From Phoronis australis (Eukaryota; Animalia; Phoronida), in NCBI GenBank assembly GCA_002633005.1, contig NMRA01000069.1, positions 96,203 through 160,202 of the forward strand: DNA of 64,000 nucleotides, in the 5' to 3' direction. How positions within the stretch are numbered: the first letter of the stretch is position 1; each line of letters opens with the position of its first letter. Made by a program: the position numbers and the translations under genes. Below the pieces are notes generated by a model that had not been told where the DNA came from, made no database searches, and saw only the letters and a program-made list of their open reading frames with translations. This document shows positions 25,223-36,600 of this stretch, in pieces.

Positions 25223-25985
25223 GGATTGTTCTAAAACCTCGTCGACCTCTACACCCCACAACCCCCTCGACACACTACCCTCGACCAACAACCTTAACGA
25301 CTCACAACCACTTCGACTCACAACCCCCAACCACCCGCAACTCATGGCGCTTTTTGCAAATTTCAAAATCATATTACGTCTATGGGTGACTTTCCCATAA
25401 GACATACCAACAAGCAAATCTGCTCTGGCTTAGGTCTGGTGGTTAAATACATGAAGTGACACGGTTCTTCTAAACTTAGGGAGAGAGTACGATGACATGA
25501 ATGCACATAACTTTACATTTTTGTTATTTGTTTTCTGTTGCCTACACGTTTACAATATACTCCATGTAACGTTGAGATACTTTTTAGTCAACAGTTTTTT
25601 TTTCGAATTGTATTTACTGAAGCACTTTCATATTTGTCAGCTCTTAGCACTCTTCCAAAAATCTTGAATTTTCCATTCACTGAAGAGCAGACGAGAATGT
25701 TACACACTGATGGGAATGACATTTGCAACTTTGGAAGGTCGCGTTTTTTTTCTGTTTTTTGGATTTCAAACTTACCGAATCGACTCTCTTAAATTCAAAA
25801 AACAGGTTAAAGCCAGCAGAGCTCATGGGCAGACTCTTTGGTATTGCAAATCAGCGCTTACTTTTTGTTCAGATCGAATCGAGCTTGTGTAAAGTGGGTC
25901 GAGGATTTGGAAAGCCGTGGGTCGAGGGTGTCGCGAGTCGAGGGGTTCGTAAGGTTTGGGGGTCGAGGGGGTTTTAGAACAATCC
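25223..25985. mobile_element. MULE/Mutator-like non-autonomous element
   Basis: TIR GGATTGTTCTAAAACC / GGTTTTAGAACAATCC with subterminal ctcgacc repeats. 9-bp TSD agtccaagc / agtccacgc (1 mismatch). Confidence 0.8.
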
Positions 25986-26102
25986 AGTCCACGCCAACAG
26001 CTATGTTCAGGAGCTCCGTCCTTGTAGGTTGAAAACGCCTGAGATCATTACAAAATGGGATCGTCTGCAATCTTGGATGACACCTCTTCAACACGTACTT
26101 AC

Positions 26103-26121
26103 TTGCTGATGCCAATCGTTT
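26103..26121 (-). CDS. Secreted MAM-domain protein, putative 19-nt micro-exon 2
   Basis: ttttttcacacag|AAACGATTGGCATCAGCAA|gtaagt. It converts phase 0 (exon 1) to phase 1 (exon 3). Confidence 0.55.
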
Positions 26122-26936
26122 CTGTGTGAAAAAAGAATAGTCAATTTTTACTCATACCAGACTACACAAACGGTAAACAACATGGCAAAACAATAAAAAA
26201 CTAAACTGAAGTGTGTAAAATATGATGACATAAAAAGATCAGGATTTTTTGACAGTCATTCTGAACAAGACAATTTAATAAACACATTCACTCACTATGC
26301 CACATGTCAAAAAGTGGCAGGTTTTAACTGCAAATATTATCTACATACACTTTTAAAGAATGCCGTCGGGACTCCGGGCGCCTTTGCGTCTCTGAATTAT
26401 TTAATATCTGGATCAGCGACAACACTGGTGATCAGCAAATGTAGAGTGAAAATATGGCTTTTCATCAATTAAGAAATAAGCTATGATTCAGGTAAGAACA
26501 CGCACTCAATGTCGGTTTTTAAACCTTTTTAAATGTTTTTTTTCTCTTCATTTTAGTTAAAATGTTATGAAATGGGATTTAACGTGGGTTACTTTATTGG
26601 AATTATGCTCATTCAACACTAGTCCAAATATTTTCAAAATCAAATGAATTTAATATGGATTTTTGATGTTTTTTTAGTTTGACTTGAATTTTAAGAAACG
26701 GACGATCGCCGCACAAAAAAAATCATGTTCGTTCAACGTTTCGTCTATTCTGTACATTAAAGAATCATAGGCCATTTAGGACCCCGCAGCATGCTACTGA
26801 CTCTGAATAACAAGCAGAGCTCAGTAACCCTGCAACTATGGTGATGACCAGCGACTTACTATTCCCTGTATCTCTTACTTGACTTCATGGATGTTACCTG
26901 AGCTGTAATATTGACACTTTCTGTCTTTTCTATATA

Positions 26937-26980
26937 ATTAGCCTGATGATGTCTAATGAATAGACGAAACTTTGAACTAA
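26937..26980 (+). ncRNA. Second hammerhead-like core (Penelope pLTR remnant)
   Basis: ttagc CTGATGA t GTCTA atgaa TAGAC GAAAC tttgaa ctaa. Stem II is perfect; stem III is decayed. Confidence 0.5.
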
Positions 26981-28725
26981 CATGAACTTTTTTATTTGTG
27001 CGGTGACCGTCCGTTTCTCAATCTTACTATGGCCAAAAACTTATCTTTTTGATGCTGCACTGTAACCTAAAATGGTCATCTGGGTGTGGGAGCACAGAAG
27101 GCTTGAAAGGAGATTGAAGATGCGTCGAATTGGGATGACAAGAAACAATTTCGATTGGACTGATTAACCTATATGCACCATTTGAACGAGTTCGCGACAG
27201 TGATCGATGTGTGGATGTAACACTTTCATCCAAAATATTCCAAGGTGTTTTGTTTTGTGTTTGTGTTCGTTTTTGGGAAAAAAATATCCCCATTGAGTGG
27301 TAGAACAATGATTGTTTTTGTGTGCAAGCCAGTGTTGCTGGGTTTAAAAAATGATCAACAGTTTTTCACTCTCAATGTGCTAGACCAGTTTGTCCAGTAC
27401 AGACTGTTTAGGTATAGAGTACTCAGGGTGCTCTTTTGGGAATAGATAGAAAATTGTTGTGTTATCGGCCTATGAAGTCTTTAGGCATTGTCGTAGCTGG
27501 GCGAAGACAAGGCTAACAAGACACAATCCGTCCGGACTCAGTTTAAGTGAACATTTCATAAAATTCTAGATATGGTCGGGATTTTTAGTCTCTGTAAAAT
27601 TCAACCATTTCTTTAACGGTAATCTCATATTTTCAAATGCCTGTGGAGCTATTACTTAAGTCTCATTATTTTCATTTTCTCGTGAATAAATCGTGGCGAT
27701 AGTAAAGGAGATGAGTTTTTAATACTTTAACAATGTGCGTTGCTTTTTTCTTTTCACGTTATTTTGTTGAATCGCAAAGCCCACGTTCCATGCAAACTTA
27801 AACCTGGTCCATCTCTAAAGCAAATTTGTAAACCCATCAAAGTGATGGTACTTCTGAGCCCAAATTGAACACAGGCCATAGTAGGTGCAGCCATTGGTGC
27901 AACTAATTAGGGAAATTTGAAGACTGAAGGTATATGAAAGAAGCCAGGAATAACTCGCAGTTCAGTAGAGACAGTTGCGGAGAGTGTCTTGGGACCACTT
28001 AGTGTTTCTTTGTAAAGATTGTTATACACTCTAGTTTCATGTCAAAGTAGATTACAGTGTACATGCAAATGACGCATTGTCTTGACTGCTAACGCTAGGA
28101 CGTGGAGCCGGTCTCAAAACTGGGTCGATTCTTTCAAAGATCCTATTTGTTTTGGTTCAAACCCTTAAAGGTATGTAATATCCTACAAAAAGGTTCAAAC
28201 TGGGCTAACTTCGGAACACCATATATCTCAAGAAAATCATTGAAAAATATGAATCTTTAAAATACTACGTTTGATGCACAGTAGCGGTTCTCTAAAAGTT
28301 GCAAGGAATTGGTTTGAATTGGTCCACGTTTGGATGAGAAATTCCGAGAAAAAGACGTTTAATTTGCATGAAACGAAAACGAAAATTGTGAGAGCGTTAC
28401 TCATATTCCACAACTGCGATATTAAACGAAATTTGTCCTGTTATTGATATATTTTTACCATTGATAAACTTCACCACTATCACATGGCCTCGTAACCCAG
28501 TGAGCGTCAGATTGTTAAATAGTAAAATTGAATTTGGCAGGCTTTCTGCTTTAATGGAAAATATACTTTTCTTGAGTTAACTTCTGTCGTTTTCCTATAG
28601 TTTCTGAATGCACAGACTTAAACTTCAAAACCTTGAACCAAATCCAATCATATTTTCTTTGACTTCTGCAAGCTTCAGTTAACTGCCATAGTTTGTTGTT
28701 ACCATTGTATCAAATTGAATCTCAC

Positions 28726-28830
28726 CTTGTTGTCACTTCGCCGATGCAGTTCGCCGGCAGAGACAAGGAGCAGCACCCCTACTACTACAACAACCAATTG
28801 GAACCAACGAGCTTGCGTGATTGCGAACAT
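28726..28830 (-). CDS. Secreted MAM-domain protein, exon 1 (signal peptide)
   Basis: MFAITQARWFQLVVVVVGVLLLVSAGELHRRSDNK|gtgag. TATTTAAA lies about 40 bp upstream. Linkage to the MAM exons is inferred from strand, order and phase. Confidence 0.7.
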
Positions 28831-30325
28831 CGTTTGAGTTATGGTGCGCTAGAAGCTTTGGCTACGGTTTAAATAGCGTTATTGTGTACGAGACGGCAGG
28901 AATTATGCGGATCAGCAGTCGGCTAATACTGACACATGTCTTTATGATATGGTGTCGGATAATAATTGATTGATAATTTGCAACGCCTAAGTCACGTCGC
29001 CAAAATGCATCTGTCGTCGCAGCTCATGTCAGCAAATTGCTCACTATACTTTTTACCAGGGAAGAACATGTATCTTTGGGGGCAATCTCTCATCTTTACA
29101 GCCAATGACGAGTCTCGTTTTGTGGCATGTAATGTGACACTCAACTCATGCTGCAGAATGAGGTCGCTTGGTTGTTTCATGCCAAGCTGGTCCTATGTAG
29201 GCTCAAGCTTTTACAACTTCCTAAATTGCCACACCTTCAGACTAGTGAAAATTGGGTCAGTGTGGTGGACCCAACTAGTCAAAATATGCTCAAATTGTCA
29301 CAACAGGTCAATTTTACGTGCATACCACAGTACAGGCCCAAACCTCTCACAATAACGAAAGATGTGTCAAAGGAATATTTTAGCTGTACAACCGCCAGAT
29401 TTAAGCAAGAATGTACATGCATAGATTGAATTTTTGTATTACACATTTGAATCATACTCCCTACGAGAATTATAATCTAAGCGACCAGCAAAATAGCGCG
29501 TTACATTATCACAATTAAAAGGCACCGGTTTGGGTTCAGTAGTCCGTAACTGGTTTCAAGATTATACACAGGGCGATACTTTGAAACAGGCCCCAAAAAT
29601 TTCTGTTTGCTAATATTGTTTTAGTTGAGTTAGGGACCCAAAAATTTACATAAATCTTCACAATCCTATTGCTAAAAACGCGCCCGCCCAAATTTTTGCT
29701 CAGTGCTGTTGATCAGTTGGTGTGTCGATTGTGCGCGCTCGACGGGTGTATTTGCATCATAGTTGTGCACTTTGGAAAGACTCATCGAGTTGTGCTGAGA
29801 TGCTGATAGGGGACATTTCCAGCACTAATATCAGAGTGCTTGTTTTGATCCTTGTAAGACCTTTTTCTCAATTATATCTTTCTCAGCTCAAAAACGCCAT
29901 CTTACAAACATTACTTCACTGTCAACCAAGTTTTGAAGTTCCTGCCTGTATTGGAAAAAATATTGGCAAAAGTTTGGGTCCTGTTTCGGGACACTCACCC
30001 TGCATATGTGCCTCTTTATGCATGAATAGGGCTTACTGTAAATAAAACTTGTTGAATTTAACTTCACATTTTCACTTCACTGATTATCCATTCTCTTTAA
30101 CCAAGACGGATAGGGGGGATAATACCAAGTTATCTTAAAATCCCTTAGGCCTATATCAGCCAATGGGGTCATAGGAGAAGTAATGCAATTTTGGGAACCT
30201 ATAAAGTGTAACATTCCGAATGTAAGGTCATGACACGTTTCCAACATGTACCGGAAATTTCCTTATATACGCCCATGACGGTTTTTGGGACATCCTGAAT
30301 TATGACTGACCGCCACAGGCCAAAA

Positions 30326-30830
30326 ATGGGGATCCTTCTGAAATCTCCTTGACCTCTTCGACCCTCACACCCCTCGACCNNNNNNCCCCCCCCCCCCCCG
30401 ACCCACGACCTGTGGTAGTAGAGGTGTCTGTGCCCTTTTTATTTATTTCACAATCTTTTCACGTCACTGGGTGAGTTTCCCATGATAGATACATGTACCA
30501 ACACGCGAGTGGGCTGTGGCTGAAATCTGGTGATTAAAAAGAGAAAGTGACGTGAGAACGCCGGTGGTCTTGAATAGCGCATTGTGAGTGCGCTATCGTT
30601 GCCACGGAAATAGTTCCACGAGCGGCTATCAAGGGCCCAGTTCTAATAAACTTAGGGAGAGAGTACGTTAACATGAATGTACATTTTTATTAGTTGCTTG
30701 ATACCGTATACTCGTTTACAACATACTCCATGCATGTATATCGTTGAAATCTTTTAGTTAACATTTTGTTTTTTCAAACTGTATTTTCTGGTAAAATTAC
30801 AGTTTTGTCGGTTCCTCGGACTCTGCAATT
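30326..30830. mobile_element. Truncated relative of the 25223-25985 MULE-like element
   Basis: Shares the ctcgacc subterminal repeats and the internal aaacttagggagagagtacg...tttacaa.atactccatg block. Confidence 0.6.
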
Positions 30831-30906
30831 CTCCAGGGTATTGTAGGGCGGTATTCCCTTCTCACGGACGTTCATTCCCAGCTCCCGCCCAAATTTTTAT
30901 CTCGCG

Positions 30907-30909
<3 letters not shown>

Positions 30910-30945
<36 letters not shown>
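30910..30945. repeat. (TA)n microsatellite
   Basis: Directly visible in the sequence. Confidence 0.95.
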
Positions 30946-30949
<4 letters not shown>

Positions 30950-31585
30950 ACATGGCGTAGTCGTTATCCCCCGTTATCTAGAGCCCGAGTGGATTTTGGA
31001 AAATTATCGCCCGAGGGGCGTTAGCCCCGAGGTTGGTAATTCTGCAAAATCCACATACTGAACGAGAAACATTGCAATGAATCGATCTACCTTTCTCTAC
31101 TCGCCTCGGCTTTGTAACTACTTTCTACGTTAGAGGCCCGGGATCGGAGGTCGTGACCTGTTTAAAAAGCCGAGCTATTTTTGTCAAATAATGCTTTTAC
31201 TCAAAACCAATTGAAAATTGAAAAAATAGAAGTAAAATGAATCTATAAATTAAGGTTTAGTAACTATTATACCTTACTACACAATTCATCAAGCTAAGCT
31301 TCGACCGGGAAAATATCGTCTGCTAAAGTAGGTTACCACAATAACTGAGTATAATGCTCAAATCAAAGGATCTCGACGACACGATACCCGCATTCAAATT
31401 GGAGATTGGTGAATTACAAGTTAGAGAACACGAACGAAAAATTTCACTGCATTAAAATATCGTTCTTATGGAAATTATGCGTATTATTTTTATAGCGTAT
31501 AAATGTCGGTACAATGCCCTTTGCTGAACATGCGATTGTTGCGCATGCTCATTTAAGTATTCTATTTTCACGTTCGATGACGTCA

Positions 31586-31657
31586 GCCTCTGAGTGGTGT
31601 AGTGGTAAAGTCGGCGACTCGAAACTCTAGAGGCCCGGGTTCGAAATCGGCCTCGGT
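31586..31657 (+). other. tRNA-derived Pol III promoter-like segment (SINE head or TE-internal)
   Basis: A-box TGGTGTAGTGG and B-box GGTTCGAAAT. The acceptor and anticodon stems do not pair well. Confidence 0.6.
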
Positions 31658-33629
31658 TTCCCGCCAAAATGTTATCTCACTAGTGAGATCACTAAATGGG
31701 TTATTACTCGGCTGTATTTGTCCTCTGACGCTAATATTGTGGTATCAATTTACTTACTTGCACGCAGAATAACCTTACCACCGCATATCATTCCGTGCAA
31801 GGCGAACAGGGGTGCACAACCGTAGAATATGCTTCCGTAACACAGGAACAGCGTCCGCTAGAGAAAAATTTTGTGCGGGGACAAAAAATTTCCATTACCG
31901 GAGCTAGAACATTTCACTGCCGCGACTTACGTTGTTGTAACAGTTTGCGCCGTCGTGACATTTTGGGCCTGTACAATAGACACATTGACACACTCAAAAT
32001 TGTTGCGACAATTTGGTTAAAAGTTGAAAATTTGGGCCTGCATCGCTGACACAAATTGTCGTAAATTTGAAGTTGTGACAATTTGGGGCGTTATGACCTC
32101 TTAGGCCTGCACATACATGTTGTCACTGAAACGTTCTCGTGGTTCGTAATGTATATATTTGAGCGTTTTTAAGTGTGCAAAGAAAGGTATTTTGTTTATA
32201 ATTTCATTATCAAGCACTGCAGGTACGTTTTTTAATGTTTCTTCATGTTTCTATGCTCCCTCAGTTTCATGGTGTTGGGTATGACAAGAACTAATAATTC
32301 CCCTGTGTAATCTGATACCACAGAAGAATTTTGCTTAACAGGGAAATTAACAGTAAAATTAATGAAGCAACTTGGGAGATGAAAAACATCGAGAATTTGC
32401 ATAAATTATGCAAATCAACATAATTGGTCATTTTGCTTTAATGTGCTTGTAGTTGTCAGACACCACAAATAAACAGTGTCGATATCTGCGCACGTGGTTT
32501 TGTGGTCAATTAATTGAAAGAATTTGTACAATTTATGAAAATAAAGGTCGCAGTTGATGAAAATTCTGCTTCTCCTAATATCATTCATACGAATCACTAC
32601 GTGTAAACAAATTGGATATTCGCACATGTTTTAATGCTCCTTGGCTCTTCCCAGTCAAAGTGAGGCGGCAGGAAGGGACGTCCCCTCCCCCCAAGCAAGT
32701 TATAGTCGCGAGGGTAAAACAGTCGTAGCGAAGGGCGGGGATGGAGATGCCAACGGAGGAAAGGAAAACGCAGCGAAACGTGTAGAAGAGAGAAATTTTT
32801 GAAGAACCAGTGTTGAATTTTTTGTTTGCGAACCCTGAAGCGACATTTTTGGAGGCCCCCGGTTTTTTACATACACACTTCAAAAGTCAAGTGAAAACTG
32901 TCTTGCTCTGCAAAGATTTGATGAGGAAGTTGATTCAAATTTCCACTGCAAGAAAACATTTTAGGGTATGCAAAAGCTGTGTTTCTCCCGGAACCCCCTC
33001 TGGCAAGGGGTAATGGAATCATCTTTCGTTCCCCGTTTCTTTATTTCTTCGAACTTGTATATCATTTGGCACTGGAGCAGAGAAACAAGTGGGTGAATAC
33101 CTGGATGCAGTGGGTCCTCTTTTTAAACACAGGGGTCCAATAATCTACTTTTGCTGTTTGGGGGATGGATTGATTTGGAAATTAATGATTAAGCAGAACA
33201 CGGTGTCTGTCAATTAATAAATTAATTACACGTTGTCATTCCTATAAATGTCATCGTGACACCAATAGGTTTAGCTGAAGATTAATTAATTTCTTTTTAT
33301 ATATAGCCATTAGAAATCGGTTTAGTACTAAAGAGCTCATTAATATGATTTAAAATTTAATCCTGACCAACACGCGTCCGAAGCTGCTTATGGTAATAAA
33401 TGGTTTTAATTCAAACACATGAAGAGCATTATTAGAAGTTTATGTGTTGGCTGATGTCAGAAAATCGTCTACAATTCCGGTCCATTTCCGTGACCTTACT
33501 TCTTGTTCACGAACTATTCCTGAACGACAGGAGGAATTCCAACAGAACCAGACGGGATCGCTGAAGAAAGTAAGCGCTTTTCAGGTGACGTTTGCAAGTG
33601 TAAAACGTACAAAGTATCTTGACGCGGTG

Positions 33630-36600
33630 AAGAAAACTTGACGACAGAGCAACATACTTGTAAAAACAAACTTAGTGGATGAGCAACATACCTGGCGAAA
33701 TAAATTTCGCCAAGTAAAAACAAGAGCGATCGGAGGAGCGACACTTGGCGGAATTAATCGAAAAAACAACGATGAGGGGGACGACGACGATCATGACGAT
33801 CAAGGCGGCAATTATGAATAAAACGATAACATTTGAGTGACTGGCGAAGAAATCGAATAGAGAGCATACAATCAACTACAATCAAGAACAATAGATGGCG
33901 AAACATGACGGTACAGTCTACAGTAGGACAGTGCTGGCTGGGTCAGTCTGGGTCAACTACGCATACCCAAAACAAAGTGAACTGAAAACCAGCCAGCTGG
34001 GTCCTTGCATAGGTGACGAACTGGAACAAAGGAATCCGAAAATCTAGAATAATTCAAAAGTAGACGTTGTAGTGCAAAATGGAAAATATTGTACGAAAGC
34101 CCGTCCACAACTCTACAGAGCATACAATCAACTACAATAAAGAACAATAGATGGCGCAACATGACGGACGAGCCATGCTTTAAAGTAGGACAGTGCTGGC
34201 TGGGTCAGTCTGGGTCAACTAGGCATAACCAAAACAAAGCCAGCCAGCTGCGTGCTTGCATAGGTGACCGAAGCAACATTGGTATTCGAAAATCTCGAAT
34301 AATTCAAAAAGTAGACATCTTAGCGCAAAATGGAAAATATCTTCTGAAAGCCCGTTCAAAATTCTATCAAAAGTGGTAGGTTGCCAAAAATCCAAAAAAA
34401 TTTTCGATAAAATTGAAAATTTGCCGATTTTTGGAAATTCAAAGTCAAATAACTGGAAAACGGTAAGTCTGAGAAATACGCTCTAGCAGACTTTTTAAAA
34501 GGCCATACTTCAAGGAATCCATATGCAAAAACTCACGTCATTTACTCTTCCCGTTAAAAATGCGAAACCAGAGCAGATGAAACCGTGTAAACATGCGCCA
34601 CAGCCGCCATTTTGAAAGTGACTTCCGGTTCAATAATTTTTATAAAAGCTTATTAAACTCAACAAACACGTCACCAGCTTGAAAGTGATTGGTTTGCAAA
34701 TGCGCCCTCTACAGGAGAAAACATTTTTAGCCATATTTCGAGGTGCGCATGCGCCACGTCCAATATTTCCGCCATCTTGAAACAGAAGTCAACGATTTTC
34801 TGCACAATTGTAGCACATGCGTTCTAGTATATTCGTTCCGATTTTCAGCTATGTAGTTCGAAAAATGCGGCCTCTACGAGTATTTGACTGTGAAATCGGA
34901 TACAAAATGGCCGCCACGTCCGCCATTTTGTATTCGATCATAACCAAAAACATTAGCGTTCTAGTACTTTCAGATCTACATGCTGTGCGCAAATTTCGTG
35001 AAAATCGGACCAAAATTGCGACCTGTAGAGAGCGAACAAACAAACGAGAGCGCTCGGAGGAGCGACACTTGGCGGAATTAATCGAAAGACGACAATGGGG
35101 AGGACGACGACAATCATGACGATCAAGGCGACAATAATGAATAACACGGTAACATTCATGTGACTAGCGAAGAAATCAAATAGAGAGCATAAAATGAACT
35201 ACAATAAAGAACAATAGATAGCGCAACATGACGGAAGAGCCATGCTTTGTTCCCGCAATCCAAAATAGGTGGCACTATGTGACAGTCTGCAGAGCAAAGT
35301 TATGTTTACAATAGTATTTCGCCTGGAATTCCAGTCTACAGTACGAGAGTGCTACCTGGGTCAGTCGGGGTCACAACTCTCTGTTAACTTGTGCAGACAT
35401 AACCAAAACAAAGTGAACTGAAAGCCAGCCAGCTGGCTGTGACCGAAGGACAACGGTATCCGAAAATCTCAAATAATTCAAAAAGTAGACGTCGTAGCGC
35501 AAAATGAAAATTATCATCTGAAAGCCCGTTCAAAACTCTATCTAAAGTGGTAGTTTGTCAAACACGATAACATTCATGTGACTAGCAAAAAATCAAATAG
35601 AGAGCACACAATCAACTACAATAAAGAACAATAGATGGCGCTAACGGACGAGCCATGCTTTAAAGTAGGACAGTGCTGGCTGGGTCAGTCTGGGTCAACT
35701 AGGCATAATCAAAACAAAGTGAACTGAAAGCCAGCCACTAGCGCGCTCGCACAGGAACAACGGTATCCGAAAATATCGAATAATTCGAAAAGTAGACGTC
35801 GTAGCGCAAAATGGAAAATATCTTCTGAAAGCCCGTTCAAATCTCTATCTAAAGTGGTAGTTTGGCAAAAATCCAAAAATTTTTCGAGAAAATTGAAAAT
35901 TTGCCGTTTTTTTTGAAATTCAAAGTCAAATAACTCGAAAACGGTAAGTCTGAGAAATACGCTCTCGCAGACTTTTTGAAAGGCCATACTTCAAGGAATC
36001 CACATGCAAAAATTCACGTCATTTGCTCTTCCCATAAAAAATGCGACACCAGAGCGATTGAAACCGTGTGAACATGCCCCACAGCCGCCATCTTGAAGGT
36101 GACTTCCGGTTCAATAATTTTTTATAAAAGCTTATTAAACTCAACAAACAGGTGACCAGTTTGAAAGTGATTGGTTTGCAATTGCGCCCTCTACAGGAGA
36201 AAACGTTTTTAGCCATATTTCGGTGTGCGCATGCGCCACGTCCAATATTTCCGCCATCTTAAACCGGAAGTCAACGATTTTCTGCACAATTGTAGCACAT
36301 GCGTTCTAGTATATTCGTATTGATTTTCAGCTATGTAGGTCGAAAAATACGGCCTCTACGAGTATTTGACTGTGAAATCGGATACAAAATGGCCGCCACG
36401 TCCGCCATTTTGTATCCGATCATGCCAAAAAACAATAGCGTTTTAGCGATATCCGGTCTACATGTTGTGTGCAAATTTCGTGAAAATCGGACCAAAATTG
36501 CGACCTGTAGAGAGCGAACAAACAAAAAAAAAACTTGTTGTCAGAGCAACATACTTGGCGGAAGAATTCTGCCAAGTAAAAAAACAGAGGAGCGACCCTT

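Noticed and set aside
27027-27308. Additional exon or ORF in MAM intron 1
   Set aside because: No recognisable motif, and the phases do not fit the neighbouring exons.
26757-28260. Another Kolobok-like element (ttaaagaatcata ... tatgaatctttaa)
   Set aside because: The inverted match is too short and AT-rich, with no internal support.
31586-31657. Functional tRNA gene
   Set aside because: A and B boxes are present, but the cloverleaf stems do not close.
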